This document shows, in pieces, positions 49,261-57,457 of a stretch of 64,000 nt of DNA; position 1 is the first letter of the stretch, and every line of letters starts with the position of its first letter. Position numbers and translations under genes: made by a program. The notes under the pieces were generated by a model, which saw only the letters and a program-made list of their open reading frames with translations, did no database searches and was not told where the DNA came from. Location: positions 42,764 through 106,763 of the IMG/VR virus record IMGVR_UViG_3300035670_013167, one strand, 5' to 3'. This DNA comes from a virus.

Positions 49261-49333
49261 TTCCGACCTCTTTATTGGTATTTTTTAGTATTAATCATTG
49301 ATCTATATTCTATACTTGGGGAGTTTTGTCATT

Positions 49334-49996
49334 TCATGCGTTCAAGTCTTTAGTTAAGTTTCCTATATTTATTTTATATTTTGTGAATCTATCGCCCCAA
49401 AGTGATTTTTGAGGTATTTCTTCTAATATTCTTTTTTCTATTAATCTTGCAATGGCTTTTTGTGTATCATAACTTTGCAAGCCAATTTCTATTTCTCTAA
49501 CTTGTAATTTTGATAACTCATGAAGTAATTTTTTAAAAAATCCTCTTCTTTTTAAATTAGATTCTTCAGGCGAGTATTTCTTATCTATAGGAACAGAATC
49601 CATTCTTGTAATGCTTGCTAATCGACCTTTTATCCAACCGGTTGCACTTCCACCCAACTCGTCTTCGTATTCAAAATCCCTCACAGGAATTTTTCTAGAT
49701 TGCTTCATATCTGGTCCGATATTATTGTAATTAAATTTTGTTGTTCCGGGTGATTGATTAATGTTTTCTAGCCAATTTTTGAAAGATTCATCTTTTTGTG
49801 TTGCTAACTTTTGAAAAGTGTTTACAGGTCTGCTGGGGTCAACAATTATTTTCTTTATTTCTTTTTCTCCATCTTTACTGGTTATTTTGTCCCATGCTTT
49901 TTCTCTAGTATTTTTAGAATATTTTTTAAATACTACTTCTAAACTTTTAGCTATGTCAACTATTGCGTCTTTTACGTTCGTATCGTTTTTCTTCAT
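49334..49996 (-). CDS. Fusion protein with internal CTS-like tag and degenerate GNAT-like C-terminus
   Basis: Internal ESFKNWLENIN; LKRRGFFKKLL. Confidence 0.55.
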   Translation of the reverse strand: MKKNDTNVKDAIVDIAKSLEVVFKKYSKNTREKAWDKITSKDGEKEIKKIIVDPSRPVNTFQKLATQKDESFKNWLENINQSPGTTKFNYNNIGPDMKQSRKIPVRDFEYEDELGGSATGWIKGRLASITRMDSVPIDKKYSPEESNLKRRGFFKKLLHELSKLQVREIEIGLQSYDTQKAIARLIEKRILEEIPQKSLWGDRFTKYKINIGNLTKDLNA

Positions 49997-49998
49997 AA

Positions 49999-50448
49999 TT
50001 ACCCCAATCTAATATTTGCAATGTCAGAGACTTTTATATTTTTTAATTTAAGTGTTCCGTGAGCTAAAGGACGATAATACCCAGTAGAATGTATATATTG
50101 CATAGCATAATACAAATAATCAGGCAGCAAATCGTCAGAAATAACTTTTATCCCGATGTGTTCTGGGCTAAAATCTTTTGTAGGACTTCCAACTTTATCC
50201 TCAGTTCCTTTTCTAATTATCCAAAAATCTGCTTCTGGGAAATTCGTTTTCATTTCTGTTTTCTCAGACAAAGTAACAGAAACATTTTCATTTTTATTAA
50301 ATTTCATTTTTAGAATCTTGTTTTTTCTTTTGCACCCTAAGTTTGAAAGTGCTCCTTGGACTTGAAAATTAGGATGTTTCAAGTCTTTGCATGATACGAT
50401 TGAATCAACCGATCCCATCATTTCTAAAAAATCATAAAAATTAAGCAT
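49999..50448 (-). CDS. CTS-like-tagged two-module protein
   Basis: MLNFYDFLEM; second module ADFWIIRKG..VG.P..F..EHIGIKV..LLPDYLYY. Confidence 0.6.
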   Translation of the reverse strand: MLNFYDFLEMMGSVDSIVSCKDLKHPNFQVQGALSNLGCKRKNKILKMKFNKNENVSVTLSEKTEMKTNFPEADFWIIRKGTEDKVGSPTKDFSPEHIGIKVISDDLLPDYLYYAMQYIHSTGYYRPLAHGTLKLKNIKVSDIANIRLG

Positions 50449-51244
50449 AATTGTACAAAGCTCCAGAGATACAGTCTATTATTTCAGAATTTGGCTGGGC
50501 TGGAGAAAAATACTCGTCCCATTCAGAAGGTTGAGGAATCCATTTGTGGCCTTTGGTGGGAGATTGAACTTCGTATCCTGTAGATCTTATTATTCCGGTT
50601 TTTGGATTATAGTTCATGTCTACGAGAAAAGCTTCTACTCTTGCTGATGTTGGAGCCTCAACTCCTTGTCCTTTGCATTCGAAATGAATTATGTAACTTT
50701 CATTATGTTTTATTTCTTTTACACCTATGAACATTAGTACTTTTGGAATAACACTTGGTTTTTGGCATTCTCTAACTATTTGTACTATTAAATTTTCTAA
50801 GTTGGAATAATCTCCAATGGCCGACTCTAATTGATTTTCATTTGTTTTTTCTACTTCTTCAAATATTTTATGGGCTAAGTTTTCATCGATTCTTAAGTTA
50901 GAATGAAGAACCTCTTTGAAAGGTAATACTTTTTTACAAATCCAAACTTGATTTCCTTCTAAGTTTGTTTGTAGTCTTCTTATTGTTGCTCTAAAAGATC
51001 CTAATGGGCTAATTGTGACTTGAGTTGCTCCATTATTTCTTCCCCACTGAATGTGACTAGAAAAATTTGAAAAAGGATGAGTATCATTTAAATTAATTCT
51101 TAATAATTCTTCCATCATATTTTCTGTATTAATATAATTAATTGGATATTCGTCTTGAACTTGATTGTAAGTTTTATTATTAATTTTTTCAAATCCAAAA
51201 ATGTCTTTAGATTCGTTTATCCAATTTTTAAATGATATTTTCAT
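50441..51244 (-). CDS. CTS-like-tagged hypothetical protein
   Basis: MKISFKNWINES. Confidence 0.65.
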   Translation of the reverse strand: MKISFKNWINESKDIFGFEKINNKTYNQVQDEYPINYINTENMMEELLRINLNDTHPFSNFSSHIQWGRNNGATQVTISPLGSFRATIRRLQTNLEGNQVWICKKVLPFKEVLHSNLRIDENLAHKIFEEVEKTNENQLESAIGDYSNLENLIVQIVRECQKPSVIPKVLMFIGVKEIKHNESYIIHFECKGQGVEAPTSARVEAFLVDMNYNPKTGIIRSTGYEVQSPTKGHKWIPQPSEWDEYFSPAQPNSEIIDCISGALYNYA

Positions 51245-51249
51245 AGTAA

Positions 51250-51257
51250 TATATATA
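51250..51257. promoter_or_regulatory. Palindromic TATATATA box 5 nt from both divergent ATGs
   Basis: CAT-AGTAA-TATATATA-CTATT-ATG. Confidence 0.55.
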
Positions 51258-51262
51258 CTATT

Positions 51263-51589
51263 ATGAAAAAGTTCTCTGTTTGGCTAGAAGAAAAAGATTA
51301 TCTAAATGAAGAAAAAGATTATCTAAATGATGCAATTTTAGGCGTTTTTGGGGGAGACTCTATTCTTGGCGACTCTGAAAAAAGATACATCATGAGTAGA
51401 AATACAAATGAATTTAGTAACGAAATATTAAATAATTTTTTGAATTTAGGAGTTTTGAAAAGTTCTTTTGAGAACAATCCTAATAAGATGTTAGATATAA
51501 AAAATATGGTTAAGAATGGAATACTAATAAAAGACTTGATAGACAAGATCAGGGGAGAAAATTTAGCTCCCAATGCGAGGATAGAATGA
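51263..51589 (+). CDS. CTS-like-tagged hypothetical protein
   Basis: MKKFSVWLEE with a 21-bp duplication (EEKDYLN x2). Confidence 0.65.
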   Translation: MKKFSVWLEEKDYLNEEKDYLNDAILGVFGGDSILGDSEKRYIMSRNTNEFSNEILNNFLNLGVLKSSFENNPNKMLDIKNMVKNGILIKDLIDKIRGENLAPNARIE

Positions 51590-52083
51590 TAAGTTTTAGT
51601 GAATTTTTAGAAGGCAAAATGGTGGGTAATCAAACTAACATGAAATTAGTTGGAGACTTAGGTAAAAGTGCAACCAAAGCAGCAGTAGACGCGTTTGTTG
51701 ATTACTCTGGTTATGGTTTGGCTAAAAGTGTTTTTGATGCTGCATTGAGTCAAAGAAAAAATGTTACTAAAAAAATACAAGACGATGCGGCGATTAGAAA
51801 ATCAAAAGAAATAATTAAATCTAGAATCAGCCAAAAAGCACAAAATAGACTTGGGAATATTGATGCCATAGTAGACTCTTACGTGTCTGCTACCGACGAA
51901 TCACAAGCATTTTTGAATGATCAAGAACATCAGCTTGTTGTAAACGCAATATATCAAGCAGTTGATAATGGATCTATAAAATCAGGATTTGCACAAGAAT
52001 TAGTTAATGGCATTTTGCAAGAAAAAATAAATGCTATTCAAAATGTGTTAGATATGAGCAAACCAAAAAAGATTGTTATTTAA
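51586..52083 (+). CDS. CTS-like-tagged hypothetical protein
   Basis: MISFSEFLEG. Confidence 0.65.
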   Translation: MISFSEFLEGKMVGNQTNMKLVGDLGKSATKAAVDAFVDYSGYGLAKSVFDAALSQRKNVTKKIQDDAAIRKSKEIIKSRISQKAQNRLGNIDAIVDSYVSATDESQAFLNDQEHQLVVNAIYQAVDNGSIKSGFAQELVNGILQEKINAIQNVLDMSKPKKIVI

Positions 52084-52772
52084 TCATACACAATATAGCC
52101 ATTGGAAGTTACTACTCCAAAAACATGAATTAAGTCTAATTCAAAAATTTCTGACTCTGGGATGTGTTTGTACAAAACATGTTCAAAATCTAAATATTCA
52201 TTGTTTTTAAATGCATATATTAGATCATCAATCATTAAATCTATGTATTCTAAAGTTTTTGTAATCTTAGAATATGGAAAGCTCCATAGTCTACTTTCAT
52301 GGTAATATTTTATTTGAGAATTTGGAATGTATGATTCTTTTTTTATCTTTAGAACATGTTTGTCTATTATTTTTTCGTCATTATATACATTTATGTCAAA
52401 GTTAGGACTCAGTTGATATCTGCCTGATATTCTAAATATTCTATCTATTTTTATTTTTGACTTTAGTACGGCTTGTATAGCGTTTCTTGTTAGCACAACA
52501 TCATTAAGAGATTTAGAAGGTCCTAAGTTAGTTGGAGTTCCTAATTCGTTACTTATACCAAATAAAAAAACTTTACTTTTTACTTCTTTTAAAAATTCAT
52601 TAAGATAAATGTCATCTGATTTTTCTCCTCCTTCAATAAAAATTATTTTTGAATTTGGTGCGTAATCTTGTATGCTTCGAAGAGTTCTGTTTGTTTGTTT
52701 TATTCTTGTTTCTGTATTAAATATTCCGAGATTAGTAAAAAGAGCAGAGGTAACTATAAAAGCCGAATTCAT
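52080..52772 (-). CDS. Hypothetical protein, glycosyltransferase-like
   Basis: FIVTSA, R..QT..TL.SI, RIFRISGRY, DFEH pattern. Confidence 0.5.
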   Translation of the reverse strand: MNSAFIVTSALFTNLGIFNTETRIKQTNRTLRSIQDYAPNSKIIFIEGGEKSDDIYLNEFLKEVKSKVFLFGISNELGTPTNLGPSKSLNDVVLTRNAIQAVLKSKIKIDRIFRISGRYQLSPNFDINVYNDEKIIDKHVLKIKKESYIPNSQIKYYHESRLWSFPYSKITKTLEYIDLMIDDLIYAFKNNEYLDFEHVLYKHIPESEIFELDLIHVFGVVTSNGYIVYD

Positions 52773-54169
52773 TTAAAATCCTCAACTTTTACTTCGTGTC
52801 CTTCTTTTTGTAGTATTTTTATTCTTTTTCTACTATGGTTTAATAAGTACTGATTATTGTAAAATATAAAGTCGTAATAATTTAAAACTTCTTTATCGTC
52901 GGCGGTTCTGAGTCCTCTTCCTAATCTTTGAATTATTTGATGGTCAGCCTGACCCCCTGCTGCATTTATTAAGTTGTGTACTTTGACGTTTATTCCGGTA
53001 TTGAATATTTGTTGAGTGCTTATACTTATTGTGTTATCTTTTGATGTTTTTAATTTTTCTATTACAAATTTTCTTGTTTCTAAATCGTCTTTTCCTTGGA
53101 CCCACAAAACATTTGGAATCATTGAAAATAAAGCGTCTCCATGAGCTATTCTATCAACGAGTATCAGCGTTCTGCCTTTAAGGCTCAATGCTAATTTTTT
53201 AACTATCTCATGGAACGACCAATTTTCTGCAATGCCGCGAGTAACTGCATCAATATAAATTTCATATTCTAGTTTAGGTTCTGTAATGGGATAAAATACA
53301 CATTTTGCTTTTGATAAAGTTCCTCTTTCTTGGAGATGTTTAGTAGTGAGTACGCCTCCTGCACTTTTAGATTTTAGTACCGGGCCAAAGTATCCTTTTA
53401 CAAGCCATTTTTGACAAAGATCTTTACCGCCAAACTTAAAAGGAGTTGCACTGATTGCCGCTCTAATTGAACAGTTCTTCATTTTATTGAGATATTTTTT
53501 AGGCTGTTTGCTCATGTTTTCGTGAATTTCATCTACGAGCACAGCATTTATTTTATCTAAAATAGGTTCTATCTTGTGTAAACTTTGAACTGTAGAGCAA
53601 GTTATAATATTTGGTTCTTTATGTTTTCCATATAATCTTCCAACATTTTTTATTCCACATTTTATTATTTCTTCGTAATTTTGTTGAACCAAACTTGTTT
53701 TGTTTGCCAATACAAGCGTAGGGCAATCTGGTGGCAAAGATTTTAGTATAGACAAAAGAACATTCGTCTTCCCCGCAGCAGTTGGAGCACAAATAACTCC
53801 ACGTTTATGTTTGAGCAAAGCGTTTGTTAGATCGACCTGATAATCATAAAGTTTAAAGTCTTTACTTAAGTAATGCTCATCAATTTGATCAACTATAAAA
53901 TTAATTTCTTTTCTGTTGTCTATTGTTTCGTATTTTTCACCAAGGTGATCCAAAGCAGCGATAACCTCAGGTAATAGTCCAGTAAGAAATTTGCCTGTTT
54001 TTTTACTAAAAAATTCTGTATATCCGTCCCATAATTTTTGTTTGTATAATCTGCTATGAAAATAATTTCTTTCACGAAAACGCATATTTTCATGTAAGAT
54101 TTTCAGCATTTCCATGTTGTCTGACAACAACTGACTGTAGCAATTTTCTATTTTTAGGATTGTAGACAT
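52769..54169 (-). CDS. uvsW: SF2 helicase UvsW-like
   Basis: WDG, LYDYQ, APTAAGKT, DEIH, SATP, TGINV, IQRLGRGLR. Confidence 0.88.
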   Translation of the reverse strand: MSTILKIENCYSQLLSDNMEMLKILHENMRFRERNYFHSRLYKQKLWDGYTEFFSKKTGKFLTGLLPEVIAALDHLGEKYETIDNRKEINFIVDQIDEHYLSKDFKLYDYQVDLTNALLKHKRGVICAPTAAGKTNVLLSILKSLPPDCPTLVLANKTSLVQQNYEEIIKCGIKNVGRLYGKHKEPNIITCSTVQSLHKIEPILDKINAVLVDEIHENMSKQPKKYLNKMKNCSIRAAISATPFKFGGKDLCQKWLVKGYFGPVLKSKSAGGVLTTKHLQERGTLSKAKCVFYPITEPKLEYEIYIDAVTRGIAENWSFHEIVKKLALSLKGRTLILVDRIAHGDALFSMIPNVLWVQGKDDLETRKFVIEKLKTSKDNTISISTQQIFNTGINVKVHNLINAAGGQADHQIIQRLGRGLRTADDKEVLNYYDFIFYNNQYLLNHSRKRIKILQKEGHEVKVEDFK

Positions 54170-54228
54170 AAGATATTTATATCTTATTTTTGAATAAAAA
54201 TCAATATTAAATATTAATATATAATTTT

Positions 54229-55380
54229 ATGAAATTTAATGAAAGAACTTTGTATCACGGAACAATTATAGACAATGAGCCTTCAATTCGTCAATTTGGA
54301 TTAGTAGGAGGATGGCATGGGCCAATTGGGAGTTTTGTAGATGATGCATATGGTTCTGATTACGAAAATATAGAACCGACAGAAGAAGACGAAATAGTAT
54401 TCGCAGCGGATAAAAATAATTTAAATAAAGCTGTAAATGCTATGGTGCATCACATAGGTAAAAAATTAAATAAAAATTTTCATGATGTTAGTGATAATGA
54501 CATAAGAAATCACGGTTTGTTGGTTATTATAAAAGATAGTGAATTAGAACCACACGACCAGGATAAATATCAAGACAACATTCCTAGAGGAGTAGAACCT
54601 GGGGATTATTATGATTCACAAATGGGTGCAGATTTATTTTTAAGAGGATCTTCGCTAATAAGATTTTTAAGAAATAAAGGACAATGGCCCAGAACTTGGG
54701 GTACAAATAGCGGAAATAGGGAAAAAATAACTATGGGAAAAACACAAGCTTCTTGGATGCAAAATAAAACAAATAATAATCAAAAAATTATAAAATTTAA
54801 AGAATGGATCAACCAAAATACAGTAGGAACTGATTTAGTAGATTCTTCTCAAATAGAAAGATTATACGATAAGGCAAAATTATCTGTAAAAATAGTGCAA
54901 ATTTATAGCAAGACTACTAATCAAAATTTATTAAAAAATATTAGCACAATAGCTCCACTTGCAGCCGGTGTTTACGGAATGTACATGAGCAAAGAAAACA
55001 AAAGAGTTATTGGTAAAGAAACAGCGGAAAAAATGAGGTTATTATTTCCCAAAGACATGATGCTCCAACAAAAATTACAAACTCTTCCAAATGCTGTAAT
55101 TAAAAAATACGTTCCAGATGTGGATGATAAACAACTTCAACCAACAGATACGATTAGAGTTAATGTGAAAAAAATAGTTGATAAATTAGGAGATTCAAAA
55201 GAAGCAGTTTTAGAAATAGCAAGCACGATAGTTCACGAAGCAACTCATGAAGTTGAACTTCAAACTACTGGTAAAACAAATGAAATTGGCCCAAAGAATG
55301 CAGAAGCAAAGTTCATTCAATGGGCCAATCAAAATTGGAACATGTTAAGAACAAGAATTCCCGAATTATCTAATTTATAA
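54229..55380 (+). CDS. Two-module protein: LYHGT ART-like N-domain plus internally tagged HExxH metallopeptidase-like C-domain
   Basis: TLYHGT...I...GL; internal IKFKEWINQ; STIVHEATHE. Confidence 0.6.
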   Translation: MKFNERTLYHGTIIDNEPSIRQFGLVGGWHGPIGSFVDDAYGSDYENIEPTEEDEIVFAADKNNLNKAVNAMVHHIGKKLNKNFHDVSDNDIRNHGLLVIIKDSELEPHDQDKYQDNIPRGVEPGDYYDSQMGADLFLRGSSLIRFLRNKGQWPRTWGTNSGNREKITMGKTQASWMQNKTNNNQKIIKFKEWINQNTVGTDLVDSSQIERLYDKAKLSVKIVQIYSKTTNQNLLKNISTIAPLAAGVYGMYMSKENKRVIGKETAEKMRLLFPKDMMLQQKLQTLPNAVIKKYVPDVDDKQLQPTDTIRVNVKKIVDKLGDSKEAVLEIASTIVHEATHEVELQTTGKTNEIGPKNAEAKFIQWANQNWNMLRTRIPELSNL

Positions 55381-55600
55381 TTTTATCTATAGAAAATATT
55401 CCACAACAAGCGGAAATTATTCCTGCAATGCAAACTGGAAAAGGGCTGGCAAATGTCCAAAATATCCCAGATATTATTGATAATAAGCCAAACAAAACAG
55501 TTAAATAATAAAAATCAAAATAACTAAATATTAGAGACAAAGGCCCAGATAAAATAACTGTTAAAAAAATAATACAAACTATTAAAGCTAATGAAAACAT
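55370..55600 (-). CDS. Small integral membrane protein
   Basis: About three hydrophobic segments; AAGGAGG RBS. Confidence 0.65.
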   Translation of the reverse strand: MFSLALIVCIIFLTVILSGPLSLIFSYFDFYYLTVLFGLLSIISGIFWTFASPFPVCIAGIISACCGIFSIDKIIN

Positions 55601-55611
55601 AAACCTCCTTG

Positions 55612-56091
55612 TTAGTCAGAAAATACAGCACACCAATAATTTTTTCCATCGCCATCTTTTGATAAACCAAACCCTACTTTTTTATATTTTTTACCTAATA
55701 TGTTGTAGCGATGAACAGGACTCCATAGCCAAGAATTCACAACACTATTTTCATTTTTTTGTCCCCAAGCTATATTTTCTCCAACCCAATTTGAGTCAGA
55801 TGTTGCTTTTTTAAGTTCGGCCATATCTGAATGATATAGCCAATCTTTATTAGCCATTTTTTCAGAATGAGATTGAGCATAATTGCATAATTTTTGATCT
55901 AGTTCTAATTTTTTTATGTTTTTTGTGATTCTTTGATTATTATGTAATTTCAATAATTCTAATTGAAAATCTTCAAAAACATGATCTTCAATTAATTCCT
56001 TTTGAAGTTTATTAATATTCAAATTTTGTTCTGTATCTGCAGAACATCCAAATAAAATAGAACATAGCAATAGGGCTATTAATTTTTTCAT
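55612..56091 (-). CDS. CAP/SCP domain lipoprotein
   Basis: Lipobox LFGC; HN..R, AQSHSE.M, GENIAWG, W.WSP.H..NIL, YWCAVF. Confidence 0.88.
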   Translation of the reverse strand: MKKLIALLLCSILFGCSADTEQNLNINKLQKELIEDHVFEDFQLELLKLHNNQRITKNIKKLELDQKLCNYAQSHSEKMANKDWLYHSDMAELKKATSDSNWVGENIAWGQKNENSVVNSWLWSPVHRYNILGKKYKKVGFGLSKDGDGKNYWCAVFSD

Positions 56092-56113
56092 TTTTGCCTC
56101 CTTGCAAAAATAT

Positions 56114-56293
56114 TTATTTTTTAATTATTACATAAACTCCGTGAACTAATCCTGCAATATAGAATCCGAATATAGTTAATACTAAATTGACCCAAAAATG
56201 AGTTGTAAATCCAACCTTGAAGAAAACGCCTAAAGGTGGTAAAATTAATGTGCATAAAAGCAATAATAGATCTTGTCCATCGAAATTTTCCAT
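56114..56293 (-). CDS. YqaE/Pmp3 family membrane protein (59 aa, not in ORF track)
   Basis: ILPPLGVFFKVG...FWVNLVLTIFG..IAGLVHGVYVI; AAGGAGG RBS. Confidence 0.85.
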   Translation of the reverse strand: MENFDGQDLLLLLCTLILPPLGVFFKVGFTTHFWVNLVLTIFGFYIAGLVHGVYVIIKK

Positions 56294-56325
56294 AAAACCT
56301 CCTTGTATTGTTTACATATTTATAT

Positions 56326-57084
56326 ATGATTATTAATAAAAATAAAAAACAAATAGAAGGAATAAAACAAAGTTGCAAATTAGCTGCTGAATGTTTGAAT
56401 TTTATAGAACCATATGTTGTTCCTGGAATTTCTACTAACGAACTAAATAGCAAATTAAATACATTTATAAGAGACAATGGAGCTATTCCTGCTCCATTGG
56501 GATATGGAGGATATCCCAAAGAAACTTGCATTTCTGTTAATGAAGTAATATGTCATGGAATTCCTAGCGAACAAGTTTTATTAGAAGGCGATATAGTTAA
56601 TATAGATGTTACAACCATATTAAATGGATATTATGGCGACACAAGCAAAATGTACGCTGTTGGAGAAATATCTCAAGAAGCTCAAGATTTAATTAATATA
56701 ACTAAAAAAAGTTTATATGAAGGAATCAAAGCAGTAAAGCCAGATGTTCCATTCAATAGAATAGGATATTCTATTACTCAATTTTTAAAAGATACTAAAT
56801 ATTCTATTGTAGATAAATTTGTTGGACATGGTTGTGGATTAAAATTTCACGAAGATCCCAAAATTTGTCATTACGTGAATGAAAAATACAAAGATATAGG
56901 CCAAAAAATGCAGCCGGGTATGATATTTACAATAGAACCCATGATAAATCTAGGCAGCCCAGATTGCCTGATATTAGAAGACAAGTGGACAGCTGTAACC
57001 ATAGATAAGAAGCTTTCTGCTCAATATGAGCACATGATCTTAGTTACAGAAGATGGTTTTGAAATTTTAACTGAATTAAATTGA
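56326..57084 (+). CDS. map: Type I methionine aminopeptidase
   Basis: CISVNEVICHGIP, GDIVNIDVT, YYGDTS, GHG.G..FHEDP, FTIEPM, SAQYEH. Confidence 0.95.
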   Translation: MIINKNKKQIEGIKQSCKLAAECLNFIEPYVVPGISTNELNSKLNTFIRDNGAIPAPLGYGGYPKETCISVNEVICHGIPSEQVLLEGDIVNIDVTTILNGYYGDTSKMYAVGEISQEAQDLINITKKSLYEGIKAVKPDVPFNRIGYSITQFLKDTKYSIVDKFVGHGCGLKFHEDPKICHYVNEKYKDIGQKMQPGMIFTIEPMINLGSPDCLILEDKWTAVTIDKKLSAQYEHMILVTEDGFEILTELN

Positions 57085-57094
57085 TATATATTGT

Positions 57095-57457
57095 ATGAAA
57101 ACATTTTACCAGTTTTTATTAGAAGCTCCTACACCTCCCAGCCCACCTCCACCTGGAGGTGCAGCGCCAAGTTCTAACGCTCCGCCTCCTGGAGGCCCTC
57201 CTGGAGGTTTAGGTGGCGGATTAGGAGGTCCTGGACCTTCTTTAGGAGGTCCGCCACTAGGAGGCCCATCTTTGGGCGGAGGTCCATCGTTAGGAGGCCC
57301 ATCGTTAGGTGGAATGGATTCACCACCTGCTCAAGGATCTCCTCAAAATGCCCCTGTACAAAAATATAAAACTACAAATGTTTGGCAAGCTTTAGAAAAG
57401 CTTATAAAAAATAAGAATGGACAAAATCAGAATAAAATGATAGATTCTGATACATGA
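57095..57457 (+). CDS. CTS-like-tagged Pro/Gly-rich protein
   Basis: MKTFYQFLLEA then PPPP and GGPSL repeats. Confidence 0.7.
   Translation: MKTFYQFLLEAPTPPSPPPPGGAAPSSNAPPPGGPPGGLGGGLGGPGPSLGGPPLGGPSLGGGPSLGGPSLGGMDSPPAQGSPQNAPVQKYKTTNVWQALEKLIKNKNGQNQNKMIDSDT

Noticed and set aside
51287-51328. 21-bp tandem duplication (EEKDYLN x2) as a functional element
   Set aside because: A simple in-frame slippage duplication with no further support
56121-56531. 136-aa minus-strand ORF
   Set aside because: Overlaps map antisense; the real gene is the YqaE/Pmp3 ORF at 56114-56293 in another frame
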